Source: Gemmatimonadota bacterium (GTDB lineage: Bacteria; Gemmatimonadota; Gemmatimonadetes; Gemmatimonadales; GWC2-71-9). Taken from it: a stretch of 58,926 bases of DNA. A model generated the notes under the pieces. The model ran no database searches. It saw only the letters and a list, made by a program, of their open reading frames with translations, and was not told the origin of the DNA. The stretch spans positions 1-58,926 of the forward strand of contig JACQHC010000046.1 of the NCBI GenBank assembly GCA_016199245.1, given 5' to 3'. Numbering within the stretch: position 1 is the stretch's first letter; each line of letters starts with the position of its first letter. The translations under genes were made by a program, and so were the position numbers. Shown here in pieces: positions 9,643 to 19,000 of the stretch.

Positions 9643-9745
9643 ATCCAAGCCCCTTTAAGTTGGCCCCGATGGCGGCATCGAGTTTGCGCTCCTCGACCAT
9701 TGGCTCGCGCAGCGTCCCAGTGACAGCTGAATCCTCACCTCGCAC
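9632..9745 (-). pseudogene. Fossil 3' end of a second hsdM (last ~25-35 codons only)
   Basis: The apparent spacer between ORF6N and hsdS translates on the minus strand as ...GEDSAVTGTLREPMVEERKLDAAIGANLKGLGYGG*. The stop TGA (9634-9632) overlaps the hsdS ATG in the usual hsdM/hsdS manner. It parallels the C-terminus ...[21 protein letters not shown] of the ORF at 10325..11284. Confidence 0.6.
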
Positions 9746-9780
9746 GGCCGTCCCTGTCCTCAGCCTCTTCGGGCGCCACG

Positions 9781-10335
9781 TCAATTGCGCTCCTCGGCTC
9801 CTCTGAACCCGATCCTCCGCTGCGGGGCCTCGTCGGGAGGCGGGGCCAGCTGCCGGATGGCCTGAATGATCGCTTTGAGATGCTTATCGTGCGCTCCGAC
9901 GCGCCGCTCCAGCTCCGCGAGCCGCGCGGCCAGCTCGGCGTGCGTCACCGCAAGCCGCCGCAGCCGTACAAAGGCCCGCACGACGAACACGCTCATCTCG
10001 ACCGCCCTCGGGCTGCTCAGCACCGATGCGGCCATGACCGCCCCATGCTCGGTAAACGCCCACGGAAGAACCGGCGAGAACCTGAGCCGGCGGAGGTGGT
10101 CACAATCTGTGACCACCTTGTCCCGCTCGGTCTTCGTGAGCCGGAACCGGAAGTCCGGCGGAAAGCGGTCGACATTGCGTCTGACCGCTTGATTGAACGC
10201 CTTCGTCGAGACGCCGTAGATCGACGCCAGATCAGCATCCAGCAATACGTTCTCGCCTCGGACCGTCAGAACCCGCGACTCGACCGCCGTGGGCGAGAGC
10301 GGCGTAGGTAGCCGGCCTTGCCGGTCAGTCGGCAT
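9781..10335 (-). CDS. ORF6N-domain (KilA-N-like) DNA-binding protein
   Basis: The core [47 protein letters not shown]...[33 protein letters not shown] is the ORF6N signature. This family commonly sits between hsdM and hsdS. Start ATG 10335 overlaps the upstream stop by 11 nt. Confidence 0.75.
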   Translation of the reverse strand: MPTDRQGRLPTPLSPTAVESRVLTVRGENVLLDADLASIYGVSTKAFNQAVRRNVDRFPPDFRFRLTKTERDKVVTDCDHLRRLRFSPVLPWAFTEHGAVMAASVLSSPRAVEMSVFVVRAFVRLRRLAVTHAELAARLAELERRVGAHDKHLKAIIQAIRQLAPPPDEAPQRRIGFRGAEERN

Positions 10336-11284
10336 ATCCGAGCGCCCTGAGATTCTCCGCGATCGCCGCATCCAGCCTGGTGGCTTCCTCTCGTTGCGCC
10401 TTCAGCGTCGCGGTCAGCCGCTTCATCTTCTCCTCGAACGGCTCGCCATCATCCTCCTGGGCCTCGGCGCCGACGTACCGACCCGGCGTGAGCACGTGGC
10501 CGTGCTTCCGAATCTCTTCGAGCGTCGCAGACTTGCAGAAGCCGGCCACGTCGGCGTACACCCCGGCCTCCTTCTCGCCACGCCAGGCGTGGTACGTCGC
10601 CGCGACACGAGCGATATCCCCGTCCGTCAGCTCCCGGTGCGTGCGGTCCACCAGCACCCCGAGCTTGCGGGCGTCAATGAACAGCACCTGGCCCCGGCGG
10701 TCCCCTTCGACCTCGGTGCACAGGCGCGCGATGTCGCCGCTGACGCTCGTACCGGAGGCGAGATCGAACACTCCGCTCGCGATCACACGCTCCTCTCCGA
10801 CCGCGCCAGACGTGATCGCCACGCGGGCGATCAGACGCCCGAACTTGTTCACCGCCAAGTAGGGACGCGTGGACCGCACGGCCAGGCCGGTGGTGGACAC
10901 CGCCAATTCGGGAGCAACGTCGGATGGGGCGATGTCGGGGGGCAGAAGCCCGAAGTCACGTCGGAATCCGCGGGTCCGGACGGCCTGGAGCAGCTCCTGA
11001 ACCACGGCGCTCCCCACGACGGCCATCTCCGCTTCGGCGTGACGCTCCAGCGCCCCCAGGGAGAACGCCACAGTAACCGTCCGTCGCCCGCGGAAGTGCC
11101 GGGCCTCGTCCCGTGGGAGAGTGAGCACTAACAGGTGCGGCTCCGGTCGCTGAACCCCGGCACCTACCAGCCGGGCGTACCGTTCGATGATCCGCGGGAG
11201 CCTCGGGTCCACCAACGACTCGGCGTCCGGCGGGTCGAACGCATGCTCCTCGACGGGCATGGCCTGCACTTCGCGTCTCGTCAT
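10325..11284 (-). CDS. HsdM-tail protein: an ~195-aa region without methyltransferase motifs joined to a bona fide HsdM C-terminal region
   Basis: The C-terminal ~120 aa ([15 protein letters not shown]...[42 protein letters not shown]...[17 protein letters not shown]) match the HsdM C-terminus. No DPxCGSGG or NPP[FY] motif and no HsdM_N-like N-terminus are present. An ATGA overlap links it to the SNF2 gene stop. Confidence 0.7.
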   Translation of the reverse strand: MTRREVQAMPVEEHAFDPPDAESLVDPRLPRIIERYARLVGAGVQRPEPHLLVLTLPRDEARHFRGRRTVTVAFSLGALERHAEAEMAVVGSAVVQELLQAVRTRGFRRDFGLLPPDIAPSDVAPELAVSTTGLAVRSTRPYLAVNKFGRLIARVAITSGAVGEERVIASGVFDLASGTSVSGDIARLCTEVEGDRRGQVLFIDARKLGVLVDRTHRELTDGDIARVAATYHAWRGEKEAGVYADVAGFCKSATLEEIRKHGHVLTPGRYVGAEAQEDDGEPFEEKMKRLTATLKAQREEATRLDAAIAENLRALGYAD

Positions 11285-13443
11285 GAAGCGGCACCGACCA
11301 GCGGAGCCTCCGCGTCGGCTTCGATGTCCACGAGGGTCATCGGCAGGCGATCCGCTTGCACGCGCAGCACGATTGCACGGCCCCGGCCCGTGACGCCAGT
11401 GATGCGGTACAGGGGACCGTAGCCGGGATCTGATCCCGCACGTTCCACGGCGCCGACCTCCATTGCCTCGAGGATCTCCGACACATGCAGCTCGAGCTGG
11501 TGCCGTTTACCCTCAACGCCTCTTGCGAGGGCGAGGTGGGAGGTGCCGTATGCCAGCCGTACGCGGCCGGGAACAGAGAGGTGACGAAACTCCCGCTCGA
11601 GTCTGCCCGCGTTATCCTCTGCGGCGACTTCTGAGGCGAGTTGCTCCTGCGCCAGACCCGCTTCGCGGCTGGCCAGTATCTCATTGCCGATGTTCTCGAC
11701 CTGCCGCTCGAACGCCTCGTCTGATTCCGCACTGACCCAGGCATCGGTGAGGCGCTTCTCGAGCGTGTCGGCGCCGCCGAACTCCCCCAGGATCGTATCC
11801 AGCTCTCCGACCACAAGCTGAAACAGCTGGATCTTCTGATCCAAGAGTCGCAAAATCTGCATCTCGATGGTGTCCCGCGCTGCGAGGTTGATGATGGACA
11901 CCTCACGCTGCTGGCCGATCCGGTGCACGCGCCCGATGCGCTGCTCGATGATCATCGGATTCCAGGGAAGCTCGTAGTTGACCAACTGGTGACAGAATTG
12001 GAGGTTGAGGCCCTCACTCCCGATCCGAGTGGCCAGCAGGACACCCGAAGACTCCTGGCGAAATCGAGCGAGGCTCCTGCTCCGCTCCGCCCGTGACAGA
12101 GAACCAGCGAACGAGATCGCTGGTCTTCCGACGTCTTCAGCTGCCTTCTCGAGCAACGCGAGTGTTGGGAGGTGTTCAGTGAACACGATGACTCGATCGC
12201 CGTTGCCGGACAAGAACCGGCAGAACACCTCGAGCTTCGCCTGTGTCGTGACCGACCGGGCCCTGTCGGCGAGCTGGCGTCCTCGGATCCGATACTCCGG
12301 CAACAGAAGTTCCCCTTGTGAAAGGGCTTCTAGCGACCCTCCCAGCGCCTGTGCCGACGAGGTGAGACGCTGCAGGAGGCGCATCAACTCCAAGGTGAAC
12401 ATGCCCCGCCCCCTGCGGCGTCTTCGGCGAGCGCGGTCCTCCGTCTCTTCCCTCTCAGACGGCTGATAAAGGCCATGCCGGTACAGGTCACGAAGGAACG
12501 CAACGGTTTCTCGATACAGCACCGCCTCGTCGCGCGTGAGCGATATGTCGGGATGGGTCGGTTTCCGAGGCGGCAGGTTGATCACCGGGGCCACGCTGGC
12601 CCGGCGAGTCCGAACCATCACCTGGCTCGTCAGCTCCCGGAGGGCCTCGGGACTCCTGGCACGGCGAGGGTCTCCCCGAACGACGTGTTCGCGCTGGAAC
12701 TGGGCCCATGTTCCGAGCTGCCCCGGCCGCAGGAGGGTGATGAGGTTGTACAGCTCCCGCAGGTTGTTTTGCAGCGGTGTGGCCGTGAGCAGCAGGATGA
12801 AGTTCCGATCCACCTGCTTCAGGAACTTGTATCGCTCGGACACGTGATTCTTGACCTTGTGAGCCTCATCGACGATCACCAGGTCCCAGCGGTGTTGCAG
12901 GATGGCCGCGGCGTGTCGATCACCGCATGCCCGGTCGTACGAAACGATGGCCCGCTCGACATGATGCCAGTCAGCGGGTTCGGTCGGGGTCGCGAACTCT
13001 TCGAAGAACTTGCTGTCGAGCTCGGCCTGCCATTGTTCGACCAGTGAAGCAGGGGTGAGGATCAACACTCGTCGAGCGAGCCCGCGGACACCGAGTTCCT
13101 TGAGGATGATCCCGGCCTCGATCGTCTTCCCGAGACCAACCTCGTCCGCGAGAATCGCTCTGCCCTTGAAATTCCGCAGTACGTGCAGCGCAACATCAAT
13201 CTGATGCGGAAGCTCTTTGATGGTGTTGCAGTCGAGGGTGACGAGGCGGTCGACGCCAGGGTTCAGCGCGATCTCTTCGAGCTCTCGGCGGAGACGAAAC
13301 CACTCCCACGAGGAACTTCCCTGTGCCAGTCCCTGGCTGAAAAGCTCCAGCGACGCGTTGTCTACATCCCACGCTGGTGCGCTCACGTCAGTGCGGCTTC
13401 CCTTTCTCTCGCAGGCCCGGGGCGTCCCACGCACTTCCGGCAA
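11281..13443 (-). CDS. SNF2-family (RapA/HepA-like) DEAD/DEAH helicase with an uncharacterised ~150-aa C-terminal extension
   Basis: Motif [15 protein letters not shown], motif [40 protein letters not shown], and C-lobe [30 protein letters not shown]. The exact start is uncertain, and an internal GTG is possible. Confidence 0.85.
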   Translation of the reverse strand: MPEVRGTPRACERKGSRTDVSAPAWDVDNASLELFSQGLAQGSSSWEWFRLRRELEEIALNPGVDRLVTLDCNTIKELPHQIDVALHVLRNFKGRAILADEVGLGKTIEAGIILKELGVRGLARRVLILTPASLVEQWQAELDSKFFEEFATPTEPADWHHVERAIVSYDRACGDRHAAAILQHRWDLVIVDEAHKVKNHVSERYKFLKQVDRNFILLLTATPLQNNLRELYNLITLLRPGQLGTWAQFQREHVVRGDPRRARSPEALRELTSQVMVRTRRASVAPVINLPPRKPTHPDISLTRDEAVLYRETVAFLRDLYRHGLYQPSEREETEDRARRRRRRGRGMFTLELMRLLQRLTSSAQALGGSLEALSQGELLLPEYRIRGRQLADRARSVTTQAKLEVFCRFLSGNGDRVIVFTEHLPTLALLEKAAEDVGRPAISFAGSLSRAERSRSLARFRQESSGVLLATRIGSEGLNLQFCHQLVNYELPWNPMIIEQRIGRVHRIGQQREVSIINLAARDTIEMQILRLLDQKIQLFQLVVGELDTILGEFGGADTLEKRLTDAWVSAESDEAFERQVENIGNEILASREAGLAQEQLASEVAAEDNAGRLEREFRHLSVPGRVRLAYGTSHLALARGVEGKRHQLELHVSEILEAMEVGAVERAGSDPGYGPLYRITGVTGRGRAIVLRVQADRLPMTLVDIEADAEAPLVGAAS

Positions 13444-13550
13444 ATCTGGACCGGGTTCCGCACGGCCGGTAGTCGACTCCAGGCGCCCGCTCGCCGACGC
13501 CTGGACCGGCTTGGGGCTTGCAGCCTCTTCGAGCCGCCCGCGCTGGCCTT

Positions 13551-15008
13551 TCAGGACGGACCGGGTGCGGAGCTGCTGCCTCCCTCGTCAGGGAAGAACA
13601 CCCGCACGTTCTTCTCCGGCACCGGCCGCGTCCGTCGCGAGACGACGAAGAACAACAGGAAACTCGTGAGGATGCCTACCTCCACCGCGTCTACGCCGTG
13701 TCGCGGGAACGTTCGCTGCCCCGTGAACTCCCACATCAGGCACGCGAGGAACCCGCCCAACATCGCCGCGATGGCGCTCGCCGCCGTGCCTTTGCGCCAG
13801 TTCAGGCCGACGACCACCGGGACGAAGAAAAAGCTCGCCACGAACTTGGCCTGTTCCACGACGACCGCCTGCACGTCGCCGTACTTCTGAAGCGCGAACC
13901 AGATCGGCACCACGGCGAGCGCCAGCATGGCCAAGCGGTTGACGAAGACCAGGTGGCCCTGCGTGGCCGCCGGACGGAACAGTTTGCCGTAGAGATCGTG
14001 GGCCACCCCGGCTCCCACCACGAGCAAGATCGAGTTCACCGTGGACATGATGGCGCTGAGCATGGCGATGAGCAGCAGCGCGCCCAGGATCGGCGGCAGG
14101 ACCTCGAACGCCATCACCGAGCTGGCCAGGTCCTGGGACGGGAGATTGGGGAACAACACGCGCATCAACATGCCGATCGCAAGCACGCAGAGTCCGATCA
14201 CGACCTGAAACCCGATGGCGACGTAGATGGCCCGGCGCGCCGTGCGCTCGTCCCGCATGGAGAAGAACCGCGTCATCTCGTACGGCGCAGCGCAGATCGA
14301 GAACCCGAAGCTCACGCCCACGGCGATCAGCTCGCGGACGCCGTAGAAGCCGCCAAGAACCCGCGCATCAATCGCCTCGAGCGCGACGCGCGCGGGCGTG
14401 AAGCCGCCGACGTAATGGAGCAACACCGGGACCGACACGAGGAGCGCGGCCACCATGATGAGCGTCTGCAGGAAATCGATATAGGAGCTGCTGCGTACGC
14501 CGCCCAGCAGCGTGTAGAACGCCGTGCTCGCCACCAGAATCAGCATGGCGGTTAGGGGGCGCATGCCGAAGACCGTAAGTGCCACTTCGCCCGCGGCCTG
14601 ATACTGCGCCACCAGGTAGATCGTGTACGAGATCACGATCAACGCGCCTGCCAGCGCGCCCGCCGCCTTGCTGCCGAATCGGGTGCTGACGTAATCCGGC
14701 ACCGTCAAGGCGCCGAAGCGTCGCAGCTTGGGCGCCACGAAGAACGCCGAGACGAGCCAGCCCGCCCACACGCCGAACCAGATGTACCACCAGGAAACGC
14801 CAGCGAGATAATGGCGGCCCACCGTGCCGACGAACGTGCCGGCGCTAATCTGCGTCGCCGTGAGCACGGCGCCGCCCACGATCGGGCCGATGGAGCGGCC
14901 CGCCGCGATGAAGTCCACCTCCGTCCTGGTGCGGAAATACCCCCAGGCCGAGATCCCGGCGATCGCTGCGAAGTAGATCGCGGCGACGACGAGGAACGTG
15001 GGGCCCAT
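13551..15008 (-). CDS. Sodium:solute symporter (SSF) family transporter
   Basis: Multi-TM protein beginning MGPTFLVVAAIYFAAIAGISAWGYFRTRTEVDFIAAGRSIGP, typical of the SSF family. The start was trimmed from 15077 to ATG 15008, which directly abuts the upstream stop. Confidence 0.85.
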   Translation of the reverse strand: MGPTFLVVAAIYFAAIAGISAWGYFRTRTEVDFIAAGRSIGPIVGGAVLTATQISAGTFVGTVGRHYLAGVSWWYIWFGVWAGWLVSAFFVAPKLRRFGALTVPDYVSTRFGSKAAGALAGALIVISYTIYLVAQYQAAGEVALTVFGMRPLTAMLILVASTAFYTLLGGVRSSSYIDFLQTLIMVAALLVSVPVLLHYVGGFTPARVALEAIDARVLGGFYGVRELIAVGVSFGFSICAAPYEMTRFFSMRDERTARRAIYVAIGFQVVIGLCVLAIGMLMRVLFPNLPSQDLASSVMAFEVLPPILGALLLIAMLSAIMSTVNSILLVVGAGVAHDLYGKLFRPAATQGHLVFVNRLAMLALAVVPIWFALQKYGDVQAVVVEQAKFVASFFFVPVVVGLNWRKGTAASAIAAMLGGFLACLMWEFTGQRTFPRHGVDAVEVGILTSFLLFFVVSRRTRPVPEKNVRVFFPDEGGSSSAPGPS

Positions 15009-15009
15009 G

Positions 15010-15645
15010 CTACGCTCGAGCCTGCGACGCCGGACGCCTGCCGCGCGCGAGACGCAGCACCCATGCCCCGGTGCCACCGATCGTCACCGCGACGATGAGC
15101 CATTCGGACAGCAGCGGGATTGGAAGGCCATCGCCATCCGCGACGAGCGCGATCACGCTGGGGAGATGCTCGGGCCGGGCCGCCAACGTGCCGTCCGCCT
15201 CCCGTTCAAAGCGCGGCAGCGTTGTCGCGGTCGCGCGGTCGCCGGGGAGCCCGGTCACAACGATGCGGATCCCGCGGGACGGTGGACGCGTGGGTGCAGA
15301 GGGGACGAACAACGGGATACGGGCGAGCCGGCCGGTCACGTTATACCGAACGCGCACGGTGGCGCTGTCGAACGGCCGATAGGCGCGGAGCACGACCGCG
15401 GTCCGTCGATCTTCCAGCGCGATCGGCCGGAGGCCCATGGCAGCCTGGACGACCTCGATGGCCTGGCCCTTGACTCGCAGCGCCAGGAAGTCCAGCGCCA
15501 CCGCTCCGATCACCGTGTACTCCGCGTCCACGGTCGCCTGGGCCCCGTCAACGGCCACACGGATCTCGGCACGCGTGAGCACGCCGCGGTCCTGCTCTTG
15601 CGCCGCGAGCAGCAGCACGCTCGCGACAACGGCGAGGGGACTCAC
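15010..15645 (-). CDS. Hypothetical exported protein with a C-terminal membrane anchor (211 aa)
   Basis: N-terminal signal-like segment (MSPLAVVASVLLLAAQ) and C-terminal TM (WLIVAVTIGGTGAWVL). A GTGA overlap links it to the M28 peptidase stop, and it lies immediately upstream of the symporter. Confidence 0.55.
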   Translation of the reverse strand: MSPLAVVASVLLLAAQEQDRGVLTRAEIRVAVDGAQATVDAEYTVIGAVALDFLALRVKGQAIEVVQAAMGLRPIALEDRRTAVVLRAYRPFDSATVRVRYNVTGRLARIPLFVPSAPTRPPSRGIRIVVTGLPGDRATATTLPRFEREADGTLAARPEHLPSVIALVADGDGLPIPLLSEWLIVAVTIGGTGAWVLRLARGRRPASQARA

Positions 15646-17423
15646 GCGCGCGCCGCTGCCAGCCGGGCCGCCTCGTGCAACGTATTCGCGACCGTGTTGA
15701 TTTCGCGCTTGATCCCGGCCAGCAGGAACGGCCGGAGGTCCGGCGCGCAGTCCTTGAGCCGGCTGATCCCGGCGAGCCGAGGGATCGTGCCGAGCGACAG
15801 GGCGGGGTCGTGCGCGAAGCGCTCTCCGGCCGAGTAGTTGAGCGGGACGAGCAGCCGTGCGAGCTCCTTCAGCGTGTCGTTGATGTCGCCCGCACGCCCG
15901 GCAGCTCGCTTCCCCTGCGTGCCTTCATAGAACTGCTTCAGCGCCGTCTCGAGGCCCGCTAGCTCCTGCGCGACGGGCGACAGATCCACGGCCCCGACCG
16001 CCTCCGTGCCGTATGCGTCGACCGCCTCGGTGAGCTCCCGTACGGTCGCGCGGTAGTCGAGCGGCAACACTCCCGCGTTGAGCACGCGGGCGAGTGCCGT
16101 GAGATAAACCTTGAGGTCGCGGAGCAGGTTGTCCCGATCCGCTACGGGCAGTAGGTCGTCTTCCGTGTGCCAGGCGATGTTCCCGCCGCAACCGCCCACG
16201 GGATAGAAGCCCAGCCGGTCACGCTCTTCCTTCGGGATGTTCGATAGCAGCATGAAGAACGACGTCAGCCCGATCTGGTTGAACGAATAGTCGCCCGCGC
16301 GGATGGGGCGGAGCCGATGCGGCTCCACGCCCGTAGCATCCCGGATCGCGGACCGGCACAGCTGGTCCGCCTCCGCCATCCACATCACCTCCTCGTATGC
16401 CGTAGCATGCCAACATCCGGGCGAGTCGATATTCACCGCCGCCACGCAGTGTTTGCGAAGCTCCATGGCGAACTGGTCCGCGTACCAGGTGGAGCCCGCG
16501 TAGCGGCCCATGGAGTGGCCCGGCCACCAGGCGACGCGGATCGAACGGCGCAGCTTGGAGCGGTGCAGATTGAGAGTGCGGGCGATCTCCAGCAGCGTGG
16601 CGTCTCCGACGGCGTTGTCGCCGATCCCCACGTCCCAGCTGTCGTAGTGACCGTGTACGAGCAGGAAGTCTTCGGACTCGCCTGCGATCGTGGCCACCGG
16701 CAGCTTGCAGCGATACCACCCTTCCTCGAGCGCGGTGCGCACAGTGATCGGCCCGCCGTCCCTCACGTGCTGGAGCAGCCGGTCCCCGTCCGGCCGGCTG
16801 ATCGCGGCGACCGGTGTGCCCGGTTTCCTCGCGAGATCGCCGTCCGTGGGCGTGCCCCAGATGGGCGTGCAGATGCCCCAGTGCACGCGCTTGCCGGGAT
16901 TGATGTAGACCTGCGCCACGGCGCCGGCCCGCTCGAACCGCTGCACGGCGGCCGGCATCGCGTAGCCCTCCGACACGGTGATCTTGCCGCGCACGTCGGC
17001 CGCGGCACGCCGGTCGGCGAAGATGTCCGTCACGTCCTTCATCCTCGCGGCCGGAACGTGGACCGCGGGGGCCGTGATGCCGCCATCGGGGCTGGATGCG
17101 GCGAAGGCGGGTGGCTTGCCCTGGAGCACGGCGCCGTCGTTTCCTAGCACCACGGACGCGGAGCGGGGCAGCGACAGGTACAGATCCGGCTCGTACATCT
17201 CAAACGGGACGTGGAAACGCTCGAGCTCCGCGGCGATGTAATCCGCCGCGGCGTGCTCGTCCGCGCTGCCGGATTCGCGGTTGAGCGTGGCGAACCGCTG
17301 GATGAGTCGCCAGCCGTCCGCCACGGCCGCGTCCGCGAGCAACGCTCGCTCGAGCGCCTCGACCGTGCGTAATTCCCGGTCCTTCCGTGCCCCGGCGGCT
17401 TTCTTCCTGGCCGTGCGAGCCAT
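15642..17423 (-). CDS. M28-family metallopeptidase with PA and TfR-like dimerisation domains (glutamate carboxypeptidase II-like)
   Basis: Zinc-ligand region LLVHGHYDSWDVGIGDNAVGDATLLEIARTL. The size (593 aa) and C-terminal helical domain fit this family. Confidence 0.85.
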   Translation of the reverse strand: MARTARKKAAGARKDRELRTVEALERALLADAAVADGWRLIQRFATLNRESGSADEHAAADYIAAELERFHVPFEMYEPDLYLSLPRSASVVLGNDGAVLQGKPPAFAASSPDGGITAPAVHVPAARMKDVTDIFADRRAAADVRGKITVSEGYAMPAAVQRFERAGAVAQVYINPGKRVHWGICTPIWGTPTDGDLARKPGTPVAAISRPDGDRLLQHVRDGGPITVRTALEEGWYRCKLPVATIAGESEDFLLVHGHYDSWDVGIGDNAVGDATLLEIARTLNLHRSKLRRSIRVAWWPGHSMGRYAGSTWYADQFAMELRKHCVAAVNIDSPGCWHATAYEEVMWMAEADQLCRSAIRDATGVEPHRLRPIRAGDYSFNQIGLTSFFMLLSNIPKEERDRLGFYPVGGCGGNIAWHTEDDLLPVADRDNLLRDLKVYLTALARVLNAGVLPLDYRATVRELTEAVDAYGTEAVGAVDLSPVAQELAGLETALKQFYEGTQGKRAAGRAGDINDTLKELARLLVPLNYSAGERFAHDPALSLGTIPRLAGISRLKDCAPDLRPFLLAGIKREINTVANTLHEAARLAAARA

Positions 17424-17556
17424 GCCGGTCTCCTCCTGGTCCGCGGCAGGCCCTACCTTACGGGCTGAATCCCAGTCGCGCTACCGCGTGCCGGCCGCTG
17501 GCGCTCCAGGTGTATCCCCGTCAAACTTCCGCTCAGTCCTCCGCCAAAGGCTCTTC

Positions 17557-18984
17557 ATGCGTTCGCCGATACTCACGAGGTGTGTCATGACCGCCTTGAC
17601 CGCCCTGTCCGCCCCGAGCGCCTTGCCGGCGCAATCCCCCGCGCGTCACCGCAGTCCCGAACGGGTCGAGTCGCTCGCGCGCGAGATCTTCAGGGAGCTG
17701 ATCGAGATCAACACGGCCCCGTCGGGCGGTAGCACGCGCGCCGCGGACGCGATGGCGGCCCGGCTCCGGGCGGCGGGATTCCCGGAAGCGGACATCCACC
17801 TCGCCGGTCCCGTGCCGGAGAAGATGAACCTCGTGGTCCGGTATCGCGGCCGCAACACGGGAAAGAAACCACTGCTGCTGCTCGCCCACCTCGACGTGGT
17901 GGACGCGGATCCCGCGGACTGGACGCTCGATCCGTTCACGTTCACCGATCGCGACGGGTGGTTCTACGGGCGCGGGACGAGCGACGACAAAGATGAAGCC
18001 GCCATCTGGGCGGCCACGCTGATCCGCCTGCGGCAGGAGGGATACGCGCCCGATCGTGACGTCATCATCGCACTCACGGCGGACGAGGAGGGCGGCGATC
18101 ATAACGGCGTCGACTGGCTGCTCGCGCACCGGCGGGACCTGATTGACGCCGCCTTCGCGCTGAACGAGGGAGGCGGCGGCGTGATCAAGGACGGTCGCCG
18201 GCTGTCCAACAACGTGCAGGCGAGCGAGAAGGTGTACCAGAGCTTCCGTTTGGAGGCGACCAACAAGGGCGGGCACAGCTCGCTCCCGCGGTCCGACAAC
18301 GCCATCTACCAGCTCACGGCCGCGCTCGGCCGCATCGCGGAGTATCGCTTCCCGGTGAAACTGAACGAGGTGAGCCGGTCATTCTTCGAGCGGACTGCGG
18401 CGATCGAAACGCCGGACGTGGCCAGCGCGATGCGCGGCCTGCTGCGGAACCCGCCCGACCCCGCCGCTGCGGAACGGCTGGCGGCGAATCCAGCATACAA
18501 CTCACGGATGCGGACCACCTGTGTCGCCACGATGCTCGAGGGTGGCCACGCGGAGAACGCGTTGCCGCAGCGAGCGCGGGCGGTGGTGAACTGCCGCATG
18601 CTGCCGGGTGAGCCGCCCGAAGAGGTGCTCGCCACGTTGCGCCGTGTGGTGGGCGATCCGGGCGTGACGGTGACGCCGATCGCGGACGCGAAGCCCAGCC
18701 CGCCCTCACCGCTCACGCCGGAGATCCTGCGCGCGATCGAGGAGATGACCGAGGAGATGTGGCCAGGCGTCCCGGTGATCCCGACGATGAGCACCGGCGC
18801 CACCGACGGGCTGTTCCTGCGGCAGTCCGGCATTCCGGTGTATGGCGTGTCGGGCGTGTTCGGTGACGAGGCGGACGTGCGCGCGCACGGGCAAGACGAG
18901 CGCATCCGGCACGATTGGTTTTTCGAGGGGCTCGAGTTCTGCTATCGGCTGGTCAAGCGGTTGACGGCCGGGGAGGTCATGTAG
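17557..18984 (+). CDS. M20/M25/M40-family metallohydrolase (secreted)
   Basis: LLLLAHLDVVDADPADWTLDPFTFTDRDGWFYGRGTSDDKDEAAIW. Signal peptide MRSPILTRCVMTALTALSAPSALPAQ. The track ORF from 17281 is an N-terminal over-extension into the divergent promoter region. Confidence 0.85.
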   Translation: MRSPILTRCVMTALTALSAPSALPAQSPARHRSPERVESLAREIFRELIEINTAPSGGSTRAADAMAARLRAAGFPEADIHLAGPVPEKMNLVVRYRGRNTGKKPLLLLAHLDVVDADPADWTLDPFTFTDRDGWFYGRGTSDDKDEAAIWAATLIRLRQEGYAPDRDVIIALTADEEGGDHNGVDWLLAHRRDLIDAAFALNEGGGGVIKDGRRLSNNVQASEKVYQSFRLEATNKGGHSSLPRSDNAIYQLTAALGRIAEYRFPVKLNEVSRSFFERTAAIETPDVASAMRGLLRNPPDPAAAERLAANPAYNSRMRTTCVATMLEGGHAENALPQRARAVVNCRMLPGEPPEEVLATLRRVVGDPGVTVTPIADAKPSPPSPLTPEILRAIEEMTEEMWPGVPVIPTMSTGATDGLFLRQSGIPVYGVSGVFGDEADVRAHGQDERIRHDWFFEGLEFCYRLVKRLTAGEVM

Positions 18985-19000
18985 AGCAGTCGGGAATCAG

